From Octopus sinensis (taxonomy: Eukaryota): 64,000 nt of DNA. The stretch's first letter is position 1. Every line of letters begins with the position of its first letter. The stretch lies in assembly GCF_006345805.1 (NCBI RefSeq), contig NC_043007.1, forward strand, positions 18,228,001-18,292,000. The letters are read 5' to 3'. The translations under genes and the position numbers were made by a program. This document shows positions 62,867-64,000 of this stretch, piece after piece. The notes under the pieces are model-generated. The model searched no databases, was not told the origin of the DNA, and saw only the letters and a list, made by a program, of their open reading frames with translations.

Positions 62867-63270
62867 GGCGTAGGAGTGGCTGTGTGGTAAGTAGGTTGCT
62901 AACCAACCACAAGGTTCTGGGTTCAGTCCCACTGCATGGCACGTTGGGCAAGTGTCTTCTACTATAGCCTCAGGCCGACCAAAGCCTTGTGAGTGGATTT
63001 GGTAGATGGAAACTGAAAGAAGCCCGTCGTATATATGTATATATGTGTGTGTGTGTGTGTTTGTGTGTCTGTGTTTGTCTCTCAACATCACTTGACAACC
63101 AATGCTGGTGTGTTTACGTCCCCGTAACTTAGCGGTTCGGCAAAAGAGACCGATAGAATAAGTACTAGGCTTACAAAGAATAAGTCCTGGGGTCGATTTG
63201 CTCGACTAAAGGTGGTGCTCCAGCATGGCCATAGTCAGTCAAATGACTGAAACAAGTAAAGGAGTAAAAG
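62867..63270 (+). mobile_element. SINE family A in a choline kinase intron
   Basis: Full-length copy. Confidence 0.85.
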
Positions 63271-64000
63271 AATATAGAACCTTGAAGAATCCTACTGGCA
63301 GTTGAATGTTGATAAGAACAAACAGTTGCAGTTTCAAAAAAATATGGAGTAGTTTAGACTATATTTTATAAAGTAGTGTTGTTGAGTTCAATATACAGGA
63401 AGTACAGTAGATAGATATGATAGTTAAAGAACATTTTGTTATTGAAAACTGTTCAATCGTTAATCTACCAAAAGGCAGATGATTAATATAGTCAAAAATA
63501 TTTCATCTTCTGAAGATGCAGTTAACGGTTTAGAAAATTATATTTGAATAAACAAAACTCATTTTAGATAGTCATATAAACTTTAATAATTATGGATGTA
63601 TATTTGGAGATTTTTTTGTGATCAATGATATCCACCAGGTAGACATTCTATATGTGAGGAGTTTAATACAAAGTAGGCGGAAATAAGAACCAGATTTTAT
63701 ATTCAATAGAAAGGCAAGCTAAGATGATTACGGTTTAAAGCTGGAGTAGTTTGATCTGGTGCCAATTTGTTATGGTGAAATTGGTTGGGGGAATATAAAG
63801 ATTCTGTTTAGAAAAACAATGAAATACTAATAGCAGATTTGAACTCATTAGTCATTAACAGGTAATCCAATTCTTTATCTACTGGGCCATTTCACCCTCA
63901 ATAGATATACATAAAGTGATTGATATATTATTATCATCTAAGTTGCTAACTGACAGCTAGGTGATTTCTGAATAAATGCATGGAATATAAGGAACAAATT

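Noticed and set aside
61754-64000. Searched for the upstream choline kinase exon ending in HNDxQE(G)
   Set aside because: Not found; it presumably lies beyond the window end.

Overview
AT-rich, microsatellite-rich animal genomic DNA. The SINE repertoire matches what I recall from Octopus; this assignment is from memory, not from a search. The only host gene I can support is the 3' part of a choline kinase (CHKA/CHKB-like) on the minus strand: four coding exons at 61669-61753, 59641-59749, 57684-57854 and 56207-56278, with canonical GT-AG sites and consistent phases. It possibly has a ~6.9 kb 3' UTR running down to ~49350. The rest is mostly transposable elements: about 23 copies of one tRNA-type SINE and three other short retroelement families; CR1-group and RTE LINE remnants; a solo LTR; three mariner remnants; a fragmented Chapaev3-like transposase; pogo-, piggyBac- and Helitron-type non-autonomous elements; and a Penelope-like (PLE) remnant. 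The most interesting signal is a set of seven minimal type-I hammerhead ribozyme motifs (complete, variant or damaged) in PLE-type terminal repeats. Most sit in large inverted repeats, two show stem covariation, and two delimit a 534-nt ribozyme-to-ribozyme unit resembling a retrozyme. Nearly all ORFs in the supplied track are artefacts of microsatellites or SINEs. Coordinates were counted by eye; repeat boundaries are approximate to about +/-10 nt unless a TSD or TIR defines them.
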